Source: Candidatus Latescibacterota bacterium (GTDB taxonomy: Bacteria > Latescibacterota > UBA2968 > UBA8231). Taken from it: a stretch of 64,000 nt of DNA. Under the pieces are notes generated by a model. It saw only the letters and a list, made by a program, of their open reading frames with translations. It made no database searches and had not been told where the DNA came from. The DNA lies in the NCBI GenBank assembly GCA_963422735.1, contig OY730476.1, positions 3,136,001-3,200,000 of the forward strand, given 5' to 3'. Positions 48,641 through 58,421 of the stretch are shown here, piece by piece (positions within the stretch are counted from its first letter, which is position 1; every line of letters begins with the position of its first letter). A program made the position numbers and the translations under genes.

Positions 48641-49135
48641 ATGAAGCGCATGGTCATCGTGCTAATGGGCGTAACGGGCAGTGGTAAGACGACGGTGGGC
48701 GAGCAGCTCGCCCAGCAGTTCGGATGGGCTTATTACGACGCGGACGATTTCCACCCGGAAGCCAACGTGCGCAAGATGGCCAGCGGCACGCCGCTTACCG
48801 ACGAGGACCGCTGGCCTTGGCTGGAGACCCTTTCTGTGGCCATCGACCAGTGGCTCCGTGCCGAGCAAGGGGCGATACTCGGCTGCTCCGCGCTCAAACA
48901 GCGCTACCGCGACATCTTGGTCAGCGGGCGACCCGGCGTACAGATCGTCCATCTCAAAGGCTCGAAGGCACTCATCGCCCAGCGGCTCGAGACGCGGCAG
49001 CACCGCTACATGCCGGCCAGCCTACTCGACAGCCAGTTTGCGACCCTCGAAGAGCCGCGCGACGCCCTAAGCGTGGACATTGGCCCTCCGCCCGCAGCCA
49101 TTGCCGCGACCATCCGCACGGCCTTGAATCTCTGA
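48641..49135 (+). CDS. gntK: Gluconokinase (GntK/IdnK type)
   Basis: MGVTGSGKTT, DADDFHPEAN, PLTDEDRWPWL, CSALK, LLDSQFATLEEP. Confidence 0.92.
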   Translation: MKRMVIVLMGVTGSGKTTVGEQLAQQFGWAYYDADDFHPEANVRKMASGTPLTDEDRWPWLETLSVAIDQWLRAEQGAILGCSALKQRYRDILVSGRPGVQIVHLKGSKALIAQRLETRQHRYMPASLLDSQFATLEEPRDALSVDIGPPPAAIAATIRTALNL

Positions 49136-49148
49136 TTTAGAGGCAGGG

Positions 49149-50837
49149 TCATCCCAAGTACACAAATAAGTACACTGCCAAGAAAATCGTCACCAACAAC
49201 ACGCTGCTACTGATAGGCCACGCCCGTGCGAAGACCCCTGTCGGGCCGTGGTAATGGCGCACCTGTTCCACTAGAGAGAAGACCTGTCGCTTGCCCCAAG
49301 CAATCAGTCTATCCCTCAATGGCGCACCCACCTGTACGCACAACCGAGCTGCGCTTGGCAGGAGCTTTCGGTAGGTCCAGTCCACGTCGATATTGGCCGA
49401 GCGCAGTTCCGGCGGGTAGATGCCCGTCAGCTTGAGCGCGACAAAGGCCAGTGCCGAAAAGAACAGCAACTGGAGCTGTAAGACGATGTGGGTCGCACCG
49501 TACGGGTCGTAGTCAACTGGGTAGGGCAGGAGCCTGTACAGATAGTGCGGGAACGAGCCGATGCCAATGCACAGTGCCGCCCCAATCCCCATCGCCACGA
49601 GCATGTTGCGCGGTGCTTCGCGGCAGCGGATTCCCGCGTCGTGGGCGAAGAAGGCAAAAAAGGGAATTTTGATGCCGGCGTGATGGAAGACGCCGGCCGA
49701 GGCAAACAGCAGCAGCAGCCAGACGACGAGGTGTCCCTCGTTGGCCGCGGCCTGCATGACCATTGACTTGCTGACAAAGCCGCTAAAGAGCGGGAAGGCC
49801 GAAATTGACGAGGCCCCGACTATGCAGAAGCCGCAAGTCCAAGGCATAGATTTGTACAGACCCCCGAGGTCTGAGCCGTTGATCCTGCCAGTGCGGTAGA
49901 GCACGGCCCCCATCGACATAAAGAGCAGGCCCTTGAAAAGCACGTCGTTGAAGGCGTGGGCAACTGCGCCGTTGACGCCCATACCCGGCCCCAAGCCGAC
50001 GCCTACTACCATAAAGCCAATCTGGTTGATCATGCTGTAGCCCAACACGCGGCGCAGGTCGTTTTCAATAACCGCATAGAAGATGGGGAACATCGCCATG
50101 GCCGCACCGATGTAGAGCAGGCATTCAGTGCCGGCAAAACTACGCGCTAATACATAGACTGCGGTCTTGGTGGTAAAGGAGCTCAAAAAAACCGCGCCGG
50201 TGGGCGTGGACTCTGGATAGGCATCCACCAACCACGAGTGCAAGAAAGGGAAGGCGCATTTAATGCCAACGCCGAGGAAGATTAGCCGCGTAGCCCAGCT
50301 ATCGATGCCTAAATGCCCCAGTGCTAAAGATCCGGTCTGCTGGTAGTGCCAAGCCGTGCCGACCAAGAGCAAAAGACCAGAGCTGACGTGGATCAGCAGG
50401 TAGCGTATGCCAGCGGCAATGGCTCTTTCGCTCTGGCTGGCCCATATCTGAAAGACCGAGGTAATCGCCAACAGCTCCCAAAAGATGAAGAGCGCGATGA
50501 GATCGCCGGCAAAGACTGCGCCCACGGCCGCACCTGCGTACAGGAAGCCAGTGGCCTGTTGCAGGCGGTCGCGCAGGTGCAGCGAGAAGAGCGCAGCGAG
50601 CAAGGCGGCCAAGTGGAAGAGATAGCCAAAGAGCAGGCTGAGCTGGTCAACGCACACCCAGTGCAGTTCGTACCCGGCTAGAAAGCCGACCTGGTCGTCG
50701 CCAATCTGATAGCCGAGGAGATTGTAGAATCCGGCCAACGGCAAAAGGAGCAACGCCACCCGCCGCACGGCCAGCGGCAAGACGGGCAACAGCAGCCCAC
50801 CTACCAGTAGGAAGACCGCCGGGTGTAGGCTAGTCAT
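49149..50837 (-). CDS. Na+/H+ antiporter subunit D-like (MrpD/NuoL family)
   Basis: FWELL, HSWLVDAYPE, SSFTTK, FKGLLFM, FPLFSGFVSK. Confidence 0.88.
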   Translation of the reverse strand: MTSLHPAVFLLVGGLLLPVLPLAVRRVALLLLPLAGFYNLLGYQIGDDQVGFLAGYELHWVCVDQLSLLFGYLFHLAALLAALFSLHLRDRLQQATGFLYAGAAVGAVFAGDLIALFIFWELLAITSVFQIWASQSERAIAAGIRYLLIHVSSGLLLLVGTAWHYQQTGSLALGHLGIDSWATRLIFLGVGIKCAFPFLHSWLVDAYPESTPTGAVFLSSFTTKTAVYVLARSFAGTECLLYIGAAMAMFPIFYAVIENDLRRVLGYSMINQIGFMVVGVGLGPGMGVNGAVAHAFNDVLFKGLLFMSMGAVLYRTGRINGSDLGGLYKSMPWTCGFCIVGASSISAFPLFSGFVSKSMVMQAAANEGHLVVWLLLLFASAGVFHHAGIKIPFFAFFAHDAGIRCREAPRNMLVAMGIGAALCIGIGSFPHYLYRLLPYPVDYDPYGATHIVLQLQLLFFSALAFVALKLTGIYPPELRSANIDVDWTYRKLLPSAARLCVQVGAPLRDRLIAWGKRQVFSLVEQVRHYHGPTGVFARAWPISSSVLLVTIFLAVYLFVYLG

Positions 50838-51090
50838 AGTAATCCTCGCGGCGCATCAGCACCTTGCGTAGCTGGGTGGCCGTCAAAACCAAGAGCACGC
50901 AAGCAACAAATCCGTATATCGCGTAAAAGCCGAACCAGCCCTCGACCGGGAAGACGTCCTCGGCAAAGGTCAAATGCCGGTGGAAGAGCAAGTCCAAGCC
51001 CAAGAGCAAGACGCATAGAGCGAAGAAGATCCATATCAAGCGGTGGACGTTCTGCGGCAGGTCGAATAGATGTTTTTTTTCTTGGGGCAT
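50830..51090 (-). CDS. Small membrane protein of the Mrp operon
   Basis: Two TM segments, GFYAIYGFVACVLLV...LMRREDYYD. Confidence 0.8.
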   Translation of the reverse strand: MPQEKKHLFDLPQNVHRLIWIFFALCVLLLGLDLLFHRHLTFAEDVFPVEGWFGFYAIYGFVACVLLVLTATQLRKVLMRREDYYD

Positions 51091-51094
51091 GGCC

Positions 51095-52549
51095 TTATCC
51101 GCCGATCTGGCGACAGAGCTCGAGGAGCGGATCGGGGTAGAGGAAGAGCACTAGCCCGCCCAGCGCCGTGCAAAAAAGCGGCAGGACGCAGGCCAGCGGA
51201 GCTTCCTGTACGCGGCTTTCCTCGGCGGGTGCTGCATAGAAGAAGGCGTTGACAGCCACCGGCAACAGGTAGGCAATGTTGAGCAGCGAGCTTACCAAGA
51301 GTACGCCGACGGCCACATACTGCTCCGCGTCCAGCCCGGCGAGGATGAGGTACCACTTGCTCCAAGCTCCTCCCAGTGGCGGCAAGCCAATAATGCTCAG
51401 CGAGCCAACGAGAAAGGCCCCCATCGTCCACGGCATTTGCCGACCGATGCCCTTCATGTCGCTGATCTCGGTCTTGTGCAGGGCGACCGCGATGGCCCCA
51501 GCGCAAAAGAAAAGGGTGATCTTGCCGCAGGCGTGCATGGCGATGTGCAGACTACCGCCGAGGATGCCATAGCCGTTGGCCAAGGCCGCGCCGAGGACGA
51601 TGTATGCGAGCTGGCTGACAGTGGAATACGCCAAGCGAGCCTTGAGGTTGTCTTTGGTCATGGCCACTAGCGAACCAATGAGAATCGTGACGCAGGCTAC
51701 GTAGGCCAGATAAGTACCCAAGCCCGTTTCAGCGAGTAGGTCAATGCCAAAGATATAGATAGCAACCTTTAATACGGCGAAGACGCCGGCCTTGACCACG
51801 GCTACCGCGTGCAGCAGGGCGCTGACCGGGGCCGGGGCCACCATAGCGGCGGGGAGCCAGCGGTGGAAGGGCATGAGCGCGGCCTTACCGATGCCGAAGA
51901 CATAGAGCAAGAGCAGGACGCCGATGGTCCATTTGGCGGCCTTGCCAGCTAGGATGCCTCCGGGGACAAAGGAGAGGGTGCCGGCGATGTGATAAGTAGC
52001 GATCACGCCTGTGAGCAGGAAACCAATCGAGGTTGCAAGCAGGATGCCCAAGTAGATGCGGCCTCCCGCTTTGGCCCCCGAGCTACGGTGGTGGGTGACC
52101 AGCGGATAGGTTGACAGCGTCAGCGCCTCATAGCAGAAAAACAGCGTCAGCATATTGCCGGCGAAGGCTGCTCCTAAGGCCGCTGAGATCGCCAAGGCGA
52201 AGAAGACGAAAAACCGAGTCTGGTTCTCCTCGTGGTGGCCCCGCATGTAGCCAATGGAGTAGAACGAGGTCGCTATCCACAGCCCAGCGGCCACCAGCGC
52301 AAAGAGCGCACCGAGCGGCTCAACTTCAAAGGCTAGGGACAGACCCGGGAAGACCTCCACCAAATGCGCTGCCGGCCGGGCACCTGCGACGACTTTGGGC
52401 ACCAAGGTACAGACGGCAGCAAAGGTGCCCAAAGCGGCGAGCAGGGTCGCGGCCTCGCGCAGGTTGGGGCGGCGGCCCAAAAGGGCGATCAATGGCGCGG
52501 CCCCCAAGGGCAGGAGCATGGCCGCGACCATGGCGGTGGGGCCACTCAT
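51095..52549 (-). CDS. Monovalent cation/H+ antiporter subunit D family protein
   Basis: Start MSGPT overlapping upstream stop; PNLREA, PFHRWLPAAMVAP, LHAVAVVKAG, RLAYSTVSQL. Confidence 0.88.
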   Translation of the reverse strand: MSGPTAMVAAMLLPLGAAPLIALLGRRPNLREAATLLAALGTFAAVCTLVPKVVAGARPAAHLVEVFPGLSLAFEVEPLGALFALVAAGLWIATSFYSIGYMRGHHEENQTRFFVFFALAISAALGAAFAGNMLTLFFCYEALTLSTYPLVTHHRSSGAKAGGRIYLGILLATSIGFLLTGVIATYHIAGTLSFVPGGILAGKAAKWTIGVLLLLYVFGIGKAALMPFHRWLPAAMVAPAPVSALLHAVAVVKAGVFAVLKVAIYIFGIDLLAETGLGTYLAYVACVTILIGSLVAMTKDNLKARLAYSTVSQLAYIVLGAALANGYGILGGSLHIAMHACGKITLFFCAGAIAVALHKTEISDMKGIGRQMPWTMGAFLVGSLSIIGLPPLGGAWSKWYLILAGLDAEQYVAVGVLLVSSLLNIAYLLPVAVNAFFYAAPAEESRVQEAPLACVLPLFCTALGGLVLFLYPDPLLELCRQIGG

Positions 52550-54027
52550 GGCGCAGGACCCAAAAGCCAGTGCGCCGCCTTGCGGGCGACCCCAGCCGTC
52601 AGCGAGGTCTGCACCCCTAAGCCGACGGTGAGCGCGATGAGCAGCCATACGGGAAGCTGCATCGAGAGAGGGGCTTCGGCGATAGGCGCGGCATCTTCGG
52701 GCACTGGGCGGAAATAGGCGGTCTCGACAAAGCGCCAGATATAGACCAGTGCCAGCAGCGAACTGACCACCACCAGCGCGGCCACCGGCCACCAGCCCCG
52801 CTCCAGTGCGCCTAAAATCAGGTACCACTTGCTGATAAAGCCTACAGTAAACGGTACGCCGATCAGCCCTAAGCCGGCGATTACAAAGGCGCACGAGGTC
52901 AGCGGCATGCGCTTGCCTAGCCCACTGAGATCGGCCAATTGCAGAGAGCGGACGCGGAGGAAGATGCAGCCGGCGGCCAAGAAGAGTGCCGCCTTCATCA
53001 GCGCGTGATTGAAGATATGGACGATGCCGGCAGTTAGCCCAGTGGCCGAGCCTAAGCTAATACCGAGCATCACATAGCCGATCTGAGCCACGCTCGAATA
53101 GGCCAAAAGCCGCTTGAGATCGGTCTGGTAGATGGCCACGGCCGAGGCGATGAAAATGCCCAACAGCACTAGCGGCAAAAGCAGAACATCGAGGTGCATG
53201 GTCCCAAAGGCAAAGTCCGCGCCAAAGATCGTGAAGACAAAGCGCAAGAAGGCGTATACTGCGATCTTGGTGGAGGTCGCCGCGATAAAGGCGGTGACGG
53301 CCGAAGGGGCATAGGTATAGGCATTGGGCAGCCATATATGCAGCGGAAAAAGTGCCATCTTGAGGGTGAAACCAACGCTTATAAAAGCAAAGGCCGCTTG
53401 GATGGTGCGGGTGTGGGCGACTGCTTCAATCCGAGTGGCGAGATCGGCCATGTTGAGCGTACCGGTCATCGCGTACATCAGGCCGATGCCGATCAGGATA
53501 AAGGTCGCGCCGATTGCGCCCAAGATCAGGTAGTTATACGTCGCCATGAGGGCGCGGCGATCCCGGCCGAGGCTAATCAGCCCATACGCCGAAAGCGACG
53601 AGATCTCCATAAACACGAAGACATTAAAGGCGTCGCCGGTAATGGCAATGCCCAGCAAGCCAGTGAGACAAAGCAGGAAGATCGCGCAGAAATGTGGGCG
53701 GCGTTCTGCTTCTATTTCGCTCGCCGCACTCGCCGGCGCGTAGGTCAGGACCACAGCACCGATCAGTGCCACCAGTAAAATTAGATACGCATTGAGGACA
53801 TCTACCCGGTACTCGATACCCCAAGGTGCGCTCCAGCCGCCTAGGGCATAGGAGATGGGGCCGTAGGAGAGCACTTGCTGCAATAGCATCACGGCCAGTG
53901 CCAGTGTGCCCCAGCCGACGGCCACGACAAACGGCCACAGCAAGCGCTGCGGACGCAGCAATAGGCAGAAAGGCGCAGCAACCAGCGGCAAGATGATCTG
54001 CAGGGCAGGCAGATGGGCGTCGATCAC
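52546..54027 (-). CDS. mrpD: Monovalent cation/H+ antiporter subunit D
   Basis: GGWSAPWGIE, DAFNVFVFMEI, TGTLNMADL, PLHIWLPNAY, KRLLAYSS. Confidence 0.9.
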   Translation of the reverse strand: MIDAHLPALQIILPLVAAPFCLLLRPQRLLWPFVVAVGWGTLALAVMLLQQVLSYGPISYALGGWSAPWGIEYRVDVLNAYLILLVALIGAVVLTYAPASAASEIEAERRPHFCAIFLLCLTGLLGIAITGDAFNVFVFMEISSLSAYGLISLGRDRRALMATYNYLILGAIGATFILIGIGLMYAMTGTLNMADLATRIEAVAHTRTIQAAFAFISVGFTLKMALFPLHIWLPNAYTYAPSAVTAFIAATSTKIAVYAFLRFVFTIFGADFAFGTMHLDVLLLPLVLLGIFIASAVAIYQTDLKRLLAYSSVAQIGYVMLGISLGSATGLTAGIVHIFNHALMKAALFLAAGCIFLRVRSLQLADLSGLGKRMPLTSCAFVIAGLGLIGVPFTVGFISKWYLILGALERGWWPVAALVVVSSLLALVYIWRFVETAYFRPVPEDAAPIAEAPLSMQLPVWLLIALTVGLGVQTSLTAGVARKAAHWLLGPAP

Positions 54028-54377
54028 GACCCCTCGCCTTGGCGTTGGATCTCGTCCTCTTCAATGGTCCCGTAGGCCGCGCGGATGCGCACCACTAACG
54101 CCAATCCCACAGCGGTGGTAGCAATGCCGACGACAATGGCGGTGAGGATGAGAACGTGGGGCAGTGGGTTGGAGTACGTCGTCACGCCTTCGGCGAGGAT
54201 GGGCGCGGTCCCCCCATCGACTTTACCCATGCTAATGTAGAGCAAAAAGACCGAGGTTTGGAAAATATTGAGGCCGACCAGCTTCCTGATCAGGTTGCCG
54301 CGGGCGATGACGTTGTAGAAGCCGGCCATCATCAGGAAAACGGCGATCCAGTAGTTGTACAGACCGAGGAACGTCAT
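54024..54377 (-). CDS. mrpC: Cation/H+ antiporter subunit C
   Basis: NPLPHVLILTAIVVG. Confidence 0.92.
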   Translation of the reverse strand: MTFLGLYNYWIAVFLMMAGFYNVIARGNLIRKLVGLNIFQTSVFLLYISMGKVDGGTAPILAEGVTTYSNPLPHVLILTAIVVGIATTAVGLALVVRIRAAYGTIEEDEIQRQGEGS

Positions 54378-55345
54378 GGCCGCCCCCGGCTGGCGAAGTC
54401 GCAGAAGGTATTGATTAGCACGGCGGCGACCGTAATGCCAACCCCTAGCTCAATCAGCAAAATGCCATAGTGCTCGCCGTGAGTGGCCTCGCTGGCCAGC
54501 ACTTTGTACTCGAGGAAATTGCCCCCAGCCAAGAGACAGGCCAAGCCAGTGCCGATATAGAGTAGGAGTCCCAAGGCGAAAAAGACTTGGACGCGGCCAG
54601 AAGGGGCCACCCGGCGCGCCTCCGCAACTCCGTAGATCAGGGCGTAGAGAATAAAGGCCGCGGCGAAGATCACACCCGCCTGAAATCCCCCACCGGGGCC
54701 GAAGTCGCCGTGGAACTGCACGTAGAAGGCAAAGAGCAGGATCAGCGGGATGAAGGGCTTGGATACGACGCGGAGGACCATCGCGTGTCGCATCGCTTGA
54801 TCAGCGGCGGCGTCCAATGCCGTGCCGCTACCGCGCAACAGCAGGAGCACTGCTAGCCCAGCGGTGAAAATCACCGTTACCTCGCCCAAGGTGTCGTAGC
54901 CTCGGTAGCTAGCCAGCACTGAGGTGACCATGTTGGGGATGCCGATTTCCGTGGGAGACTCGGCAATATAGCGGGGGGCCACGTGTTGGTGGATCGGAGC
55001 GGCCGGGTCGCCCAAGTGCGGCATGTCGAGTGTGCCATAGACCAGCGCACCGCCGGTCAGGAGGCAGACGAAGAGGCCGCTCCAAGAGTGTTGGGATTGG
55101 GTCTTTTCTCTCGGCCCGGTCGAAGAGAGCGCAGCCAGAAAGAGCACCGTTGCTAGGCCAGCACCCACCGCCGCTTCAGTGAAGGCCACATCAACCGCGT
55201 CGAGGGTGGCAAAGATACAGGCCGAGAGCAAGCTGAAGATGCCAGTGAGCACCACCGCGGCAAAAAGGTCGCGCACTTGGATAATGGCCACGGCAATGAC
55301 GGCGAGGAATGTCATCAGCGCGATGTCAACTAGCGCGATAGTCAC
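54374..55345 (-). CDS. mrpB: DUF4040 + MnhB fused antiporter subunit B
   Basis: DAVDVAFTEAAVGAG, NMVTSVLASYRGYDTLGE, HGDFGPGGGFQAG. Confidence 0.88.
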   Translation of the reverse strand: MTIALVDIALMTFLAVIAVAIIQVRDLFAAVVLTGIFSLLSACIFATLDAVDVAFTEAAVGAGLATVLFLAALSSTGPREKTQSQHSWSGLFVCLLTGGALVYGTLDMPHLGDPAAPIHQHVAPRYIAESPTEIGIPNMVTSVLASYRGYDTLGEVTVIFTAGLAVLLLLRGSGTALDAAADQAMRHAMVLRVVSKPFIPLILLFAFYVQFHGDFGPGGGFQAGVIFAAAFILYALIYGVAEARRVAPSGRVQVFFALGLLLYIGTGLACLLAGGNFLEYKVLASEATHGEHYGILLIELGVGITVAAVLINTFCDFASRGRP

Positions 55346-55656
55346 TATTCCTCCTCAGTGCCTTGGGGGACAAGCCCACTGTGCCGCGCCGCGCGGGCGA
55401 TGGCGTGGGTAGCAACGGGGCTAGCCATCAGCAAGAAGAGCGCGATCATCACCAGCTTGACAGTCGCTAGGGACAGGCCGCTCTGGAACATGAGTCCCAA
55501 GAGGACCAAACCCGCGCCCAACGTATCGGTGACACCGCCGCCGTGCATGCGGCTGTAGAAGTCGGGCAGCCGCAGAAGGCCCAAGCCGCCAACGAAGCAA
55601 AAGCCAGCCCCCAACAACAGACAGGCCCAGCTAGCATAGTAGAGCAGTGCTTCCAT
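55345..55656 (-). CDS. mrpG: Cation/H+ antiporter subunit G
   Basis: GLLRLPDFYSRMH, SPVATHAIARAA. Confidence 0.92.
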   Translation of the reverse strand: MEALLYYASWACLLLGAGFCFVGGLGLLRLPDFYSRMHGGGVTDTLGAGLVLLGLMFQSGLSLATVKLVMIALFLLMASPVATHAIARAARHSGLVPQGTEEE

Positions 55657-55922
55657 CAGGCGTGGGCCTCCTCCTCTCCAGCGGTCGAGACGTATTTGAG
55701 GATGGCGATGGTGCCGATGAAGTTGATCATCGCATAGACCAGCCCCAAGTCGAGAAAGTCGGGCCGACCGGTCAAAAAGCCGATGACCGACAAAAGCAGC
55801 ACGGTCTTGGTGCCGAACATATTGACGGCGAGCACGCGGTCGTACACAGTGGGGCCTTTTAGGGCACGGATCAAGGCCAGCAACATGGTGGCCAGCACTC
55901 CTATCATCGCCGCGGCAAACAC
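55656..55922 (-). CDS. mrpF: Cation/H+ antiporter subunit F
   Basis: GPTVYDRVLA, YAMINFIGT. Confidence 0.92.
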   Translation of the reverse strand: MFAAAMIGVLATMLLALIRALKGPTVYDRVLAVNMFGTKTVLLLSVIGFLTGRPDFLDLGLVYAMINFIGTIAILKYVSTAGEEEAHA

Positions 55923-56410
55923 TATCGCCCTCCCTCCAAATCGGTTACGCGGCCGTCCAAGGCCCCAGAGCGCACATCCTCGGCGGCTTCGCGGGTCAGG
56001 GCGTGGACATCAATGGTGCCTTCGTCGGCCTCAACGGCGACCGTGCCCGGCGTTAGGGTGATGGAGTTGGCGTAGATAACTTGCCCCAAGTGGGTTTTTT
56101 GGCTCGCCGCGACTTGGATCACGCGGGGTGCCAGCGGCAGCCGAGGATGCACGATCCGCCGCGCGACATCGATATTGGCTTTGGTTATCGCCCAGAGGAA
56201 CCAAGGCATATAGCGCAGCAGGCCAAGGATCAGGTGACTGGGGTGCCCTTCGGGATCGACGATCTGCATGCGGCGGCAGAGCGCGACGACCAGAAGACAC
56301 GAGAGTACGCCCAAGCCCAAGAGCAGGGCCGTATAAATGCCCGACAAAAACAGCCAGGTCAAAAACAGTAGGGCGAAAAGACTGAGCGTTCTGTGTGGCG
56401 CATTTGGCAA
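55922..56410 (-). CDS. mrpE: Cation/H+ antiporter subunit E
   Basis: ANIDVA, ANSITLTPGT, VHAL; start uncertain (TTG 56410 or ATG 56446). Confidence 0.88.
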   Translation of the reverse strand: MPNAPHRTLSLFALLFLTWLFLSGIYTALLLGLGVLSCLLVVALCRRMQIVDPEGHPSHLILGLLRYMPWFLWAITKANIDVARRIVHPRLPLAPRVIQVAASQKTHLGQVIYANSITLTPGTVAVEADEGTIDVHALTREAAEDVRSGALDGRVTDLEGGR

Positions 56411-56560
56411 AATAAGCCCTCGATTCTCGTTGCAACAAGTGGACATAATTTCTGCAATTGCGGGTTGGGATGCAAGAAATGGTCGGGGCTTGGAGTTCGG
56501 CTCCAGCGGCCAGCAGTGAGCGAGATTCTCTCTGGTCCATACTTATGGTACCCCTCGATG

Positions 56561-56704
56561 GACGCTATATTATTATGTATATCGCAGAATGGGCGGGTAT
56601 CACCTGCGCTTGCGCGAGCGCGAAATTCAGGTTAAAAGGACGGAGAAATCGCTAGCTGGCTATCTCGGCGTCGAGGGGATATTGGCTCCCGGAGAAGTAG
56701 AGGC
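56561..56704 (+). pseudogene. Decayed duplicate of the phyH-phyH junction at 58285-58507
   Basis: 56658-56704 matches 58461-58507 at 44/47 nt; collinear shorter blocks upstream separated by deletions. Confidence 0.8.
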
Positions 56705-56723
56705 GTTTATCGCCTTGATCCGC

Positions 56724-57518
56724 TCAGCGATTGACGACCCAGTACGTCGTCTCGATCTCTTTTGAACCTGCGTACGGCTGGCCGTCGTGGGTGCCCAAAA
56801 GCTGCCAGCAGCTAAATCCTGCTAGGCGCAGCAATAGCTGAAATTCTTCTTTGTAGATCCACCGCGCCGTCATGGGCACTATCGCTGTTTCTCCGTCGTA
56901 GGCAAAGAACCACTCGTAGTGCTCAGTCTGCTCGCCCAGATCAACGATCTTTTTGAACCAGACACTAATCCGGCGGCCTGTTTGGGGATGGGGGAATTCG
57001 CCGAATGCCTCCAGCGACGAGGACGGACCAACGTGGGCAAGCAGGTCGCCGGCAAGCGACGGGATGTAGAAGTTCATCAGTAGCCGTCCGCCAGGCACCA
57101 GATGGGCGCGGATGCGTTCGAGACAGGCGATTTGGGCTGCCTGTTTGGGCAAGAGCATGAACGAGCTGGCCGGAATTAGGATGGCCGCAAAGGACTGGTC
57201 GTAGCAGAAGTCAACCATGTCCTGACAGCAGACGCGGCGGTCGATATCGCCCAACCCCAAGGCCGCTGCCTTGCGGCGCAAAACGGCCAGCATCCCTAGG
57301 GCGCAATCGAAACCCCTGATGTCAACGCCTTGGCGCAAAAGGCGAAGCAGAATCGAACCAGTGCCGCAAGCCGCTTCGAGGACCGGACCCGTCTCTCCGG
57401 AGAGCTGCACACTATAGAATTGGAACTCGCGTTCGTGCGTCTGCTGCCTTGCGCCCCGCTCGTTCCACTGGTCGTATATCAGCGGCCACCAAGGATTGTC
57501 GTAATTGGCGTCAGTCAC
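56724..57518 (-). CDS. Class I SAM-dependent methyltransferase
   Basis: GPVLEAACGTG, QDMVDF, HLVPGGRL, LLLRLAGF; start uncertain (GTG 57518 chosen). Confidence 0.85.
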   Translation of the reverse strand: MTDANYDNPWWPLIYDQWNERGARQQTHEREFQFYSVQLSGETGPVLEAACGTGSILLRLLRQGVDIRGFDCALGMLAVLRRKAAALGLGDIDRRVCCQDMVDFCYDQSFAAILIPASSFMLLPKQAAQIACLERIRAHLVPGGRLLMNFYIPSLAGDLLAHVGPSSSLEAFGEFPHPQTGRRISVWFKKIVDLGEQTEHYEWFFAYDGETAIVPMTARWIYKEEFQLLLRLAGFSCWQLLGTHDGQPYAGSKEIETTYWVVNR

Positions 57519-57664
57519 AAGTGCAGGCCCTCCATTTGGGCACGGCCCATGGTCTAGCAAGGGGGAATTTCTTGCTTTGTGTACCAACCGTCAGCGCACA
57601 TTCAAATAAAGGGATGATAGGCACTAATCGCTAGAATGTGCAACACCAGCAAAGGAAAAGCACC

Positions 57665-58408
57665 ATGGACGCTCAACAGCAGTACCTCTTCGACTTGCAA
57701 GGCTACATCGCACTCAAGGGCGTCGTGCCCGCAGCGGTGGTCGCCGCCTGCAATCAGGTTCTGGACCGCTTCGAGACCATGGAGGAGGCCGATTACCCAC
57801 CGCCGCTATGTTTGGGCGACCGGCGCACGCAACAGAACCTCTATATTTCAAACATTCTCGAAGGGGACGAAGTCTTCCGCACGTTGATCGATATTCCCGC
57901 GGTCCTAGATGTGGTCGCCGCAGTCACCGGGGGGCCGTACCGACTCAATCACACCTATGCGATCTATCGCTGGGGCGGCGGTTACACTGGCCTGCACATG
58001 CACGGTACGCCCATCATTCCCAAGTGTCAGTATCACTGCCGCAACGGGCAGATGGTCTCAACCCTGACCAAGGCGGTCTTTCCCCTGATCGACTGCGCCG
58101 AGGAAGACGGCTGTTTCGCAGTGATCCCCGGTGCTCACAAAAGCAACTTTCCCAGGCCTTGGGGCCATCACCCAGACGAAAATCCGGCGCTGCAAGCAGT
58201 GCCGGCAGCCGCCGGGGACGCCATCATCTTTACCGAGGCGTTGACCCACGGCTCGCTGGTCAATATTTCCGGTCGCCCGCGCCGGACCCTATATTATTGC
58301 TACAGCACAGGATATATGCCCGACTGGGGTGGGCAGAACCTGCGCTTCAGCAACGAAATCTACGAGGCATTGCCCGAGCAACAGCGCGAAATACTCAGGC
58401 TAAAATGA
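57665..58408 (+). CDS. PhyH-family dioxygenase-like protein
   Basis: YLFDLQGYI, DGCFAVIPGAHKSN, FTEALTHG, RRTL; first metal motif reads LHMHG rather than HxD. Confidence 0.82.
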   Translation: MDAQQQYLFDLQGYIALKGVVPAAVVAACNQVLDRFETMEEADYPPPLCLGDRRTQQNLYISNILEGDEVFRTLIDIPAVLDVVAAVTGGPYRLNHTYAIYRWGGGYTGLHMHGTPIIPKCQYHCRNGQMVSTLTKAVFPLIDCAEEDGCFAVIPGAHKSNFPRPWGHHPDENPALQAVPAAAGDAIIFTEALTHGSLVNISGRPRRTLYYCYSTGYMPDWGGQNLRFSNEIYEALPEQQREILRLK

Positions 58409-58421
58409 CGGAGAAAAGGCC

